NCBI GenBank assembly: GCA_963668675.2
Contig: CAXXMB010000002.1
Location: 576,001-640,000 of the forward strand
Reading direction: 5' to 3'
Length of the DNA: 64,000 nt
Origin: an uncultured Desulfatitalea sp.
GTDB lineage: Bacteria > Desulfobacterota > Desulfobacteria > Desulfobacterales > Desulfosarcinaceae
Position 1 is the stretch's first letter; every line of letters begins with the position of its first letter. The notes below the pieces were generated by a model that worked only from the letters and a program-made list of their open reading frames with translations, was not told where the DNA came from and ran no database searches. This document shows positions 19,610 through 28,216 of the stretch, in pieces. Made by a program: the position numbers and the translations under genes.

Positions 19610-20455
19610 ATGACCGTGAAATCCATACTCGAAGACACTGATAAATTCCTGAAAAACCTCGGTTTGAACGAAGAGCCATTCGGCGTGTACTACGATAACA
19701 CCAAACCGGATAACGCATTCGGCCCAAAGCCCGGACCACCTATTTCGCGCGAGCTGGAAGACCAGGGGAAGGTAGATTACCAAGAGATGTTTAAACATTT
19801 TTCCTGCGTCATGGGCAACATCTGGCTGGCCAGAAAAAAGCGCCGTGCCGCTTATATTTCTATGGAAGAGTATGGATGCCCGGGAGGCGTCTTCTACTGT
19901 TCCATGATGAAACCCAACCTCAGGTTCATAGAGCACTATGTGACCACGGGCTTTAGTGGCACGCCCGTACATGGCGAGCGATATCTGCCCTCGCCCGAGG
20001 CCATGCGGACATTTCTTGACAAAGTCAACCCCCGTAAAGCGCCAGCCAAATACTGTATCTTTAAACCGCTCTCTTTGTTTGCCGACAGCGAGGTGCCGGA
20101 GTTCGTCATCTTCTTCGCACGGCCCGAAGTGTTAACCGGTCTTTTCGTCCAAACAACGTTCACCACGGGTGATGTGGATAGCGTCGCCTCCCCCTTCGGG
20201 GCAGGATGCACCAGCATCATTGCCTGGCCACTCTACTATAAAGAACAGGGGATAGAAAAGGCGGTAATTGGCGGTTTTGACCCTTCGGCCAGGAAGTATA
20301 TGAAAACCGATGAATTGACCTTTACGGTCCCTTTGTCTCTGTATCAGAAAATGTTGGCGGCCTTGCCGGAATCCATGTTCAACGTGGATGGAGATTGGGC
20401 AACCGTTCGAAAAAAAGTAAACCGCAGCGCGAAGGCTTGGGGAGAAAGCAATTAA
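19610..20455 (+). CDS. DUF169 domain-containing protein
   Basis: AAGGAGG RBS. Conserved Cys pattern (FSCVMG, YGCPGG, FGAGC), GGFDPSARKYMKTDELTFTVP. Confidence 0.85.
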   Translation: MTVKSILEDTDKFLKNLGLNEEPFGVYYDNTKPDNAFGPKPGPPISRELEDQGKVDYQEMFKHFSCVMGNIWLARKKRRAAYISMEEYGCPGGVFYCSMMKPNLRFIEHYVTTGFSGTPVHGERYLPSPEAMRTFLDKVNPRKAPAKYCIFKPLSLFADSEVPEFVIFFARPEVLTGLFVQTTFTTGDVDSVASPFGAGCTSIIAWPLYYKEQGIEKAVIGGFDPSARKYMKTDELTFTVPLSLYQKMLAALPESMFNVDGDWATVRKKVNRSAKAWGESN

Positions 20456-20563
20456 ATAGGCCAACCCTTGTCATCCCGGACTTGATCCGGGATCCAGTAA
20501 GCACCTGGATTCCGGCTTTCTCCGGAATGACATTTACTGGGGTTTTCAGTTGCCGGGTTAATA
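20448..20563. repeat. Second copy of the MITE/REP family, left end truncated, supplying the DUF169 stop codon
   Basis: GCAATTAAATAGGCCAACCCTTGTCAT is the exact reverse complement of 19524-19550. Contains GTCATCCCGGACTTGATCCGGGATCCAG…CTGGATTCCGGC…CCGGAATGAC and ends TTGCCGGGTTAATA. Confidence 0.8.
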
Positions 20564-20650
20564 ATACAACCAGGCTTTACAGAAATCCTATGTTGTTGTT
20601 GAAATCCTGGGTGACGTGGATATTATGCATCAAACAAGGATGAATACCAG

Positions 20651-21286
20651 ATGAACGATATAGCACACCACAACGCAATCCCATCCCTCAACGGATGGCT
20701 GCTGCACTTGGCGGATGGGCTGATGCATCGGATCTATGGCGCCCGCAAGCGATCGATTTACCGCAAGCTACCGGGCACCGTGGTAGAGATCGGCCCTGGT
20801 GCGGGTGCCAATTTCCGCTATTACAAGCGGGGGACGCGCGTGATCGCCGTGGAACCCAATGTGTCGATGCATCCCCGGTTGAGGAAAAAGGCGAGGCGCA
20901 GGGGGTTGGATCTGGTCATCAAGTCGGTCCGGGGCGAACAGATCGATCTGCCGGACCGAAGCGTTTCGGCAGTGGTCGGCACCCTGGTTCTCTGCACCGT
21001 GGATGATCCAGGCACGGTGGTTTCCGAGATCTACCGTATTCTCAAGCCCTCGGGACGCTACCTTTTTCTCGAACATGTGGCCGCTATGCCTCGCACGCGG
21101 CTGCGCAGCCTACAAGAGAAGCTGCAACTTGTCTGGCGTCGCTTGGCCGATGGGTGCCGGTTGAACCGCGAGAGCCATCTGGTCATTGCAACGGCCGGTT
21201 TTGCAGAAGTCAATATGGATTGCTTTACGCTGCGTTCCCAGTGGCTGCCGTTTGCGCCGCACATCTTCGGCGTGGCCGTCAAATAG
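20651..21286 (+). CDS. Class I SAM-dependent methyltransferase
   Basis: VVEIGPGAGAN, VIAVEPN, TLVLCTV, RILKPSGRYLFLEHV. Confidence 0.9.
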   Translation: MNDIAHHNAIPSLNGWLLHLADGLMHRIYGARKRSIYRKLPGTVVEIGPGAGANFRYYKRGTRVIAVEPNVSMHPRLRKKARRRGLDLVIKSVRGEQIDLPDRSVSAVVGTLVLCTVDDPGTVVSEIYRILKPSGRYLFLEHVAAMPRTRLRSLQEKLQLVWRRLADGCRLNRESHLVIATAGFAEVNMDCFTLRSQWLPFAPHIFGVAVK

Positions 21287-21294
21287 GAGGAAGA

Positions 21295-21831
21295 ATGACT
21301 GCGATGAGATTTTGCCTGTCTTGGTCGGCCACGGCCGCCCTGGCCCTCTTTTTACTTCTATATAGCTGTGCCGTACCACAGAAGATGTGGCCGCAAAAGG
21401 ATATGGCTGCATCCGAGATCGCCGGAGCAGCGAATGCACCCACTGTCCTCCTGGCTGCGCGGAGCAGCGAATTTAAGGTGGCCCTGGTGGAGCGGCTCGG
21501 ATCCATGATGGCCGCGGAGAACATTCGCCTGAAGATCGTGGGAGTCGAGGACTTGAAAACGGTCAATGGCGAGCAATACGATGCCGTCCTGGTGATCAGC
21601 ACATGCCTTGCATGGGGTTTCGACGAAGAGGTGCGATCCTTTATTGAACGCCATCCGAACCACGACAACATGATCTTCTTTACCACATCGGCGGCCGGCG
21701 ACTGGATGCCGGACAAGGAAGAGCTCAGCTACGATGCCATCTCTTCGGCATCCGAGCTGTCCGATGTGGAGAGCGCGGCCAGAAACATCATGTCCAGCGT
21801 CCATTCGGCAGTGAGACGTTCCTATCCCTGA
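21295..21831 (+). CDS. Putative lipoprotein with an alpha/beta (flavodoxin-like) pattern
   Basis: AGGAGG RBS, ATG 21295, hydrophobic leader with lipobox LYSC, YDAVLVISTCLAW. Confidence 0.7.
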   Translation: MTAMRFCLSWSATAALALFLLLYSCAVPQKMWPQKDMAASEIAGAANAPTVLLAARSSEFKVALVERLGSMMAAENIRLKIVGVEDLKTVNGEQYDAVLVISTCLAWGFDEEVRSFIERHPNHDNMIFFTTSAAGDWMPDKEELSYDAISSASELSDVESAARNIMSSVHSAVRRSYP

Positions 21832-21961
21832 TGAATGGTCATGACGTTTGTCACAGCATCACCCCGGTGCAGGCCAGGGTCCAGTCTTTCCAAGGGGTTC
21901 TGAATGCCTGATCGAGTCCGGCATGGCGCGTAAAAACCTTTTTGGAGTTCATAAAAACCAG

Positions 21962-23839
21962 CTAATCCTTTAGCTGGTCGAACTTGCAGCTCAGGGTGAG
22001 AGCCTCGCCGTCGAAGGTGGTCTTCACTTTGTAGGGAAGGGATTTGAAGAGCCGTATCATTGCCTGGTTGTGTGCGGCCGTGTAGGCCACCAGGCCGGAG
22101 ATCCCGTTCTCCCTGGCTGCGTGCGCAATTTTCTTTAAGAAGAGTTTGCCGAGCCCTTTGCCTTGGAACTCCTTGCTTATCGTAAAAGCCACTTCGGCCA
22201 TATTACTCTCAAGGAGCAGAAGATACTCGGCGACGGCCACCACCTTGTCGAAGCCCGACTCGCCGACGACCCCGATGAGGGTCATGTCCTTGATATAGTC
22301 GATCTGTGACTTGGTCTCCACCTCCCACCGCTCGAAGCTGGTCTTTTCGTGAAAGAAGCGCAGGAAGATATCGTCCTTGTCCAGTTGGTAGTAATGCTCC
22401 TGGATGCGGCGCTCGTCCACCGGTTTGGCCGGGCGGATGGTGATCGTCTCTCCTGCCACCACGATCTTGTCTTCCAAAAGGACCGGATAGACCGCTTTGG
22501 CCGCTTCTCCCAGTGTGCGTTCTGGGCCGACCAGCCCCGCCTCCTTGGCCGCCCCGAACAGCTCGTCGCGGAAGTCGGGATGTGCGATGCTGATCATGGC
22601 AATCACCCGCTCCTGCAGGCTCTTGCCGAAGAGGTTGACCACGCCGTACTCAGTGGCCACGTACTGGACATCGCCACGGGTCACGACCACCGCATCGTTC
22701 TGCATCGAGGGGATGATCCGGCTCTTCTTACCGTCCGCCGTCCTTGACCGCAGCATCAGGATCGATTTCCCGCCCGGGCTTCGACGCGCACCGCGCACAA
22801 AATCGCCGATGCCGCTGACACCGGCGTAGAGTGTTTGCGCCACCGCTTCGGAAGAGACTTGGCCGGTCAAATCGATGGCATTGGCGACGTTCAGGGAGAC
22901 CATGCGATTGTGCCGGCTGATAACGTAGGGATCGTTGACGTAATCCGAAGGATGAAACTCGATGGCCGGATTGTCGTGCAGAAATTCGTACAGCTCTGTG
23001 GAACCCAATGCCGCCGATGCGACCAGTTTACCCTCGTTGAAGCCCTTCATGCGGTTGGTGATCACCCCGATGGCATAAAGGTGCATGATGTCGTTGGTCA
23101 AATATTGAGAGTGAAACCCCAGATCGTTTTTCTGGGAGAGGGCCTGTACAGTCGCCTGGGAGTTGGCGTCCAATCCCACCTGCAGTGTAGATCCATCTTC
23201 GATCAGTCGCGAAATATGGCGGCCGATCCACGTTGCGATCTCCGATCGCGGCGCTGTCTCGATGGTCAGCAGTTCCTCATCGTGTTCGACAATGCAGTCC
23301 ACATCATTGACGTGAATAAAACTGCGGCCCATGACGCGCGGCATGCGCGGGTTGACCTGGGCTATGACCGTATGGGCCGAAGAGGCGGCCGCCTGGGTCA
23401 CATCCACGGAAATGCCCAGGCTCATCCAGCCAAAGTCGTCCGGCGGCGAAACCTGGATGAGCGCCACATCGATGGGCAGTTTACGGCTTTTGAACAGCCT
23501 GGGAACATCGGAGATGTTCATGGGGGTGACGAAGCGCAGATTGCGGGCGAAATGTTCCGAACGTGCAGACCCCAGATAGATCTGTCGAATGCTGAAGTTG
23601 GTATCGTAGGTCTTGTTGGCGATCTCGGTCAGGGGGGCGCTCTCATGGGACATCATGCGAATGATCTCCAGGCCGGTGAATTTATGGGCCTGCTCTGCCA
23701 GCGCGCTGACCAACACCTGCGGCTCCCCACAGGCCGATCCGATGAAGACCCGCTGCCCGGAGTGGATCCGTTGAATGGCCTGCGGTGCACTCTGCCGCTT
23801 TTCAAGATAGTTATCCGCCCAATAAAGCGACTTGGCCAT
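21962..23839 (-). CDS. Acetyl-CoA hydrolase/transferase-like domain fused to a C-terminal GNAT acetyltransferase
   Basis: DVALIQVSPPDDFGWMSLGISVD, IDLTGQV, DVQYVATEYG, then IRPAKPVDERRIQ…LRFF…AEVAFTISKEFQGKGLG. GGAG RBS before ATG 23839. Confidence 0.9.
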   Translation of the reverse strand: MAKSLYWADNYLEKRQSAPQAIQRIHSGQRVFIGSACGEPQVLVSALAEQAHKFTGLEIIRMMSHESAPLTEIANKTYDTNFSIRQIYLGSARSEHFARNLRFVTPMNISDVPRLFKSRKLPIDVALIQVSPPDDFGWMSLGISVDVTQAAASSAHTVIAQVNPRMPRVMGRSFIHVNDVDCIVEHDEELLTIETAPRSEIATWIGRHISRLIEDGSTLQVGLDANSQATVQALSQKNDLGFHSQYLTNDIMHLYAIGVITNRMKGFNEGKLVASAALGSTELYEFLHDNPAIEFHPSDYVNDPYVISRHNRMVSLNVANAIDLTGQVSSEAVAQTLYAGVSGIGDFVRGARRSPGGKSILMLRSRTADGKKSRIIPSMQNDAVVVTRGDVQYVATEYGVVNLFGKSLQERVIAMISIAHPDFRDELFGAAKEAGLVGPERTLGEAAKAVYPVLLEDKIVVAGETITIRPAKPVDERRIQEHYYQLDKDDIFLRFFHEKTSFERWEVETKSQIDYIKDMTLIGVVGESGFDKVVAVAEYLLLLESNMAEVAFTISKEFQGKGLGKLFLKKIAHAARENGISGLVAYTAAHNQAMIRLFKSLPYKVKTTFDGEALTLSCKFDQLKD

Positions 23840-23894
23840 GACATGTCTCCCTGTGTGTAATGCTAGGCGTTCTTTTATCCCATCGTGATTTGGA

Positions 23895-26051
23895 TCATTC
23901 CGGCGCCACCTTTTCAAGAATGAATCGGCAATCCGCCACGGTGGCGCCTTGTCCCTCAGGATGCACCAACAGCGGGTTGATGTCCAGCTCTTTGATCTCC
24001 GGGTTGTCCCACACCAGATCGGACAGGGAGACCAGCATCTTCTCCACAGCAGCCTGGTCGGCCTTGGGATTGCCGCGGAACCCGTTCAGGAGGACAAACC
24101 CCTTGATCCCGCGCACCATCGATCGTGCGCTGTTGCGGTTCATGGGCGCCAAACGGAAGGTGACGTCCTTGAACACCTCGACCATCACACCGCCCGACCC
24201 GAACATCAACAGGTGGCCGAACTTGTCGTAGCGGTTGGCCCCCAGGATCACCTCCTGACCTTTGGGCGCCATCTTCTGCACCAGCACGCCGTCAATGACC
24301 GCCTTGGGATCATAGGCCTCGGCAGCGGCCACAATTTCGCCAAACGCCAGCTCCACCGCTCCGGCATCGGCCAAATTGACCTTCACCCCGCCGGCATCCG
24401 ACTTGTGGACGATCTGATCGGAAACGATCTTCAACACCACGGGATATCCCATGCCGTCCGCCTCTTTGACGGCGTCGGCTGCCGTTTTGGCCAGGACGGT
24501 GGGCAGAACGTTAAAACCGTATGCATTCAACAGATGAACGCCGGCCAGCTCGCCAAGATAGGTTTTGCCGGCCGCCAGGCTCGCTTCGATGATCTCCCGA
24601 GCGGTAGCCTTGTCGTGGTTGAATTTGTAGGGGGCCAACTCCTGGCGGTTGAGCCATTTGGAGTAGCGATAGATGGCACCGAAGGTCTTGGCGGTCTGCT
24701 CGGGAAAGGAGTAGACCGGCACACCGTTCTCCTGTAAATACTTTACGCCGGCGGAGACGTCTATGATCCCCATGAAGCAGCACAAAATCGGTTTGTGGGA
24801 GCGCTTGGCAATGCGGACGATGGCCTCGGCCGTGCCGATGGCATTGGTCATGGATTGGGGCGTCAAAATCACCAGGGCGCCGTCGACCCCTTCGTCTCGG
24901 ATCACGGCATTGAGAGCGCTCTCGTACCGGTCCTGGGCGGCATCACCGATGATATCCACCGGGTTGTGCACATTGGCGGTGGCCGGCAGGTGGCTCTTGA
25001 GCGATTCGATGGTGTCTTCATGGAACCTGGCCAGCTCGAGGCCAGACACCACGGTCATGTCGGTGGCCACGATACCGGGGCCGCCAGCGTTGGTGACGAT
25101 GGCCACCCGGTTGCCATTGGGTACTTTGCGACGCATCTTGCCCATGGCGTTTTCGTTCTTGTAGGCGAAGGCGATGGCGAAATCGAACAGCTCGTCGATC
25201 CCCTCCACCCGGATAATTCCCGACTGTTCGAAGATGGCATCGTACACTGCTTCGGAGCCTGCCAGGGAGCCGGTGTGTGAAGCGGCCGCCTGGGCGCCGG
25301 CACTGGTGCGCCCCGACTTGATGACCAGAATCGGTTTGGGACGGTCCCCGCCGGTGATCTCCTTGGCAATCTTGATGAACTCCTGCCCTCGATGGAGCTC
25401 CTCCAGATAGATCATGATCACTTCCGTGTCCGGATCGTTGCGGAAATACTTGAGCAGGTCCACCTCGTCTACGTCGGCCTTGTTGCCGATGGATATAAAT
25501 TTAGAAAAACCGAAATCGCGGTCGGCGGCGAAATCGAGAACGGCCGTGCACAACGCGCCGCTTTGGGAGATGAACGACACGTTTCCCGCCTTGGGCATTC
25601 GGGCGGAGAAACTGGCGTTGAGCCTTACATTGTCCAGTGGGTTGATCACCCCCAGGCAGTTGGGGCCGACCACACGCACGTTGTGTTCACGGCACATCTT
25701 CACGATCTGTTTCTCGATCTCCAGCCCCTCACCGCCGACCTCTTTGAATCCGGCCGAAACGATCACAATGCCTTTGACCCCTTTGTCGATGGCCTCCTGG
25801 ATGGCGCCGATGGCCAGTTTGGGAGGTAGGATGATCATGGCAAGGTCGAGCGGATAGGGAATATCGCTGATGCTCGGATAGGCCCGCACCGAGGAGACGG
25901 ATTCGGCGCTGGGATTGACCGGGTAGAGGACGCCGCGGTAGCCGCCTTTTAAAATGTTGACAAAAATATCATGCCCCACCTTTCCCGGAGTTGTCGAAGC
26001 ACCCACTACAGCCACGGATTGTGGTGAAAATATGGCATCTAAATCGATCAT
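23895..26051 (-). CDS. Acetate(acyl)-CoA ligase, ADP-forming, fused alpha-beta
   Basis: VAVVGAS, GPNCLG, SQSGA, SIGNKAD, phospho-His motif AASHTGSLAG, TNAGGPG, C-terminal ATP-grasp (HKSDAGGV, ELDINPL). Confidence 0.92.
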   Translation of the reverse strand: MIDLDAIFSPQSVAVVGASTTPGKVGHDIFVNILKGGYRGVLYPVNPSAESVSSVRAYPSISDIPYPLDLAMIILPPKLAIGAIQEAIDKGVKGIVIVSAGFKEVGGEGLEIEKQIVKMCREHNVRVVGPNCLGVINPLDNVRLNASFSARMPKAGNVSFISQSGALCTAVLDFAADRDFGFSKFISIGNKADVDEVDLLKYFRNDPDTEVIMIYLEELHRGQEFIKIAKEITGGDRPKPILVIKSGRTSAGAQAAASHTGSLAGSEAVYDAIFEQSGIIRVEGIDELFDFAIAFAYKNENAMGKMRRKVPNGNRVAIVTNAGGPGIVATDMTVVSGLELARFHEDTIESLKSHLPATANVHNPVDIIGDAAQDRYESALNAVIRDEGVDGALVILTPQSMTNAIGTAEAIVRIAKRSHKPILCCFMGIIDVSAGVKYLQENGVPVYSFPEQTAKTFGAIYRYSKWLNRQELAPYKFNHDKATAREIIEASLAAGKTYLGELAGVHLLNAYGFNVLPTVLAKTAADAVKEADGMGYPVVLKIVSDQIVHKSDAGGVKVNLADAGAVELAFGEIVAAAEAYDPKAVIDGVLVQKMAPKGQEVILGANRYDKFGHLLMFGSGGVMVEVFKDVTFRLAPMNRNSARSMVRGIKGFVLLNGFRGNPKADQAAVEKMLVSLSDLVWDNPEIKELDINPLLVHPEGQGATVADCRFILEKVAPE

Positions 26052-26112
26052 GGTTGACCTTTCTAAATAACAAAAGTTTATATTTAAAGTTAAATTATTA
26101 TGTTAAAACAGT

Positions 26113-26365
26113 ATGAAAGCAGGAAAGTGGAAAGCATGAAAGTTAAGTGATTTTGTCATTATACCCGAGATTAGCACGGCGATTCATCAGGTGAACATTC
26201 GTCATCCCGGGATCGATCCGGCATCCGGCGACCACATGGTCGGCACTAAAATTTCAACCTGTTAGCGAACCACGCACATGGTATCGGCCAAATAGAAATA
26301 GGCAGAATTCCTCAACTTTCATACTTTCTTACTTTTATACTTTCCACTTTCTTACTTTGATACTT
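26113..26365. repeat. Inverted pair of 7-8-mer tandem arrays (GAAAG units left, ACTTT units right) flanking a REP fragment
   Basis: atgaaagc-aggaaagt-ggaaagc-atgaaagt (about 26113-26143) versus actttcat-actttctt-acttttat-actttcc-actttctt-actttgat-actt (about 26315-26365). GTCATCCCGGGATCGATCCGG at 26201. Confidence 0.7.
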
Positions 26366-26424
26366 AATTCTTTGACCGTCTATTAACTATCGGCTCTCTT
26401 TCCTTCCCGGATTAGCGCTGCAGG

Positions 26425-28032
26425 CTACAGGAGCCCGTTAAAAAAATCGTTCCCTTTGTCATCGACGAGGATGAAAGCCGGGAAATCCTTGACCGTAATC
26501 TTATAGATCGCCTCCATGCCAAGTTCCGGGAACTCAATCAGCTCCATGTGGGTGATGCACTCCTTGCCCAGACGTGCCGCCGGCCCCCCGATGGATCCCA
26601 GATAGAAGCCGCCGAACTTCTGGCACGCATCGGTCACCACCTGGGAGCGGTTGCCCTTGGCCAACATCACCATGGAGGCACCTTGGGCCTGAAACAGCGG
26701 GACATAGGGATCCATGCGACCCGCCGTGGTGGGGCCGAAGGAGCCCGAGGCGTAACCGTCAGGCGTTTTGGCCGGCCCCGCATAGTAGACGATGTGGTCC
26801 TTTAAGTATTGGGGCAGCCCCTGGCCGCTGTCCATGCGCTCTTTGAGTTTGGCGTGGGCGATGTCGCGCGCCACGATCAGGGAGCCGCTCAACAGCAGGC
26901 GGGTGGCCACCGGGTACTGGCTGAGGATCGACCGGATGGTGTCCATGGGCTGGTTCAGATCGAGGCGGACGGCCTCTCCGCCATCCTCTACGGCTTCCGG
27001 CAGAAAGCGGGCCGGATCGGTCTCCAATTGCTCGAGGAAGATGCCCTCGGCCGTGATCTTGGCCTTGATGTTGCGGTCGGCGCTGCAGCTGACGCCAATG
27101 CCGATGGGACAGGAGGCACCGTGGCGGGGCAGGCGGATGACGCGCACGTCGAGGCAGAAATACTTCCCACCGAATTGGGCACCGATGCCCAACTGCCGGG
27201 AGCGCTCGAGCAGTTCCGCTTCAACGGCCGTATCGCGAAAGGCGTGGCCGCTGTCACTGCCCTGGGTTGGCAGGTAATCCAGGTACTTGGCCGAGGCCAG
27301 CTTGACGCTCTTCAAATTGAGCTCCGCCGAAGTGCCCCCAATGACCACGGCCAGATGGTATGGCGGGCAGGCGGCGGTGCCCAGGCTCTTCATCTTTTCA
27401 ACCAGATAGGAGATCAGCGTATCGGGTGACAGCACCGCCTTGGTCTCCTGGTACAGATAGGTCTTGTTGGCCGAGCCGCCCCCCTTGGCCAACATCAGAA
27501 AAGAGTAAGCGTCGCCATCAACGGCGTACAGCTCGATCTGGGCGGGTAGATTACAACCGGTGTTCTTCTCGGCATACATGGTCAACGGTGCATTCTGGGA
27601 ATAGCGCAGATTACAGCGTGTATAGGCATTGTAAACGCCTTCGGAGAGGGCCGCTTCGTCCTGCCCACCGGTCCACACCCGCTGCCCCTTCTTGCCGATA
27701 ATAATGGCCGTGCCTGTATCCTGGCACATGGGGAACTCCCCCTCGGCGGAGATCACCGCATTCTTGAGCATCTCCAAGGCCACAAAGCGGTCGTTGGCCG
27801 AACTATGGGCGTCCTCCAGAACCTGTGACAATTGCGTCAGGTGGCCGGGTCGGTAGTAGTGCGACACATCCGTGAAGGCCTGTTCGGCCAACAGGGTCAA
27901 CCCTTGCGGCGCCACCTTCAGAATCTGACCACCTTCAAACGGCACTTGGGCAACATGATCGCCGGTCAGGCGGCGATAGGGTGTAGCATCCTCTGCCAAC
28001 GGAAACATGGGCTGGTAGGCAAACGGCGTCAT
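26425..28032 (-). CDS. fumA: Fumarate hydratase class I (Fe-S)
   Basis: [43 protein letters not shown]. Confidence 0.95.
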   Translation of the reverse strand: MTPFAYQPMFPLAEDATPYRRLTGDHVAQVPFEGGQILKVAPQGLTLLAEQAFTDVSHYYRPGHLTQLSQVLEDAHSSANDRFVALEMLKNAVISAEGEFPMCQDTGTAIIIGKKGQRVWTGGQDEAALSEGVYNAYTRCNLRYSQNAPLTMYAEKNTGCNLPAQIELYAVDGDAYSFLMLAKGGGSANKTYLYQETKAVLSPDTLISYLVEKMKSLGTAACPPYHLAVVIGGTSAELNLKSVKLASAKYLDYLPTQGSDSGHAFRDTAVEAELLERSRQLGIGAQFGGKYFCLDVRVIRLPRHGASCPIGIGVSCSADRNIKAKITAEGIFLEQLETDPARFLPEAVEDGGEAVRLDLNQPMDTIRSILSQYPVATRLLLSGSLIVARDIAHAKLKERMDSGQGLPQYLKDHIVYYAGPAKTPDGYASGSFGPTTAGRMDPYVPLFQAQGASMVMLAKGNRSQVVTDACQKFGGFYLGSIGGPAARLGKECITHMELIEFPELGMEAIYKITVKDFPAFILVDDKGNDFFNGLL

Positions 28033-28216
28033 CTCTCTGCTCCTCCGGCGTCTTCACGCGCCTGGCGAATCGACGTACCGCATCCCCAGGCCGCAGTTCA
28101 TAAAGAAGCGTTAATTTAGTGGCATTCGCCAAAGGAAGTCAAGACGATTGGTGACGGCCGGCCGGTGGCGTTGCTGATCCTCCAGTCGCAAAAAAAGGGT
28201 CTGCCAGAACGCGGTT

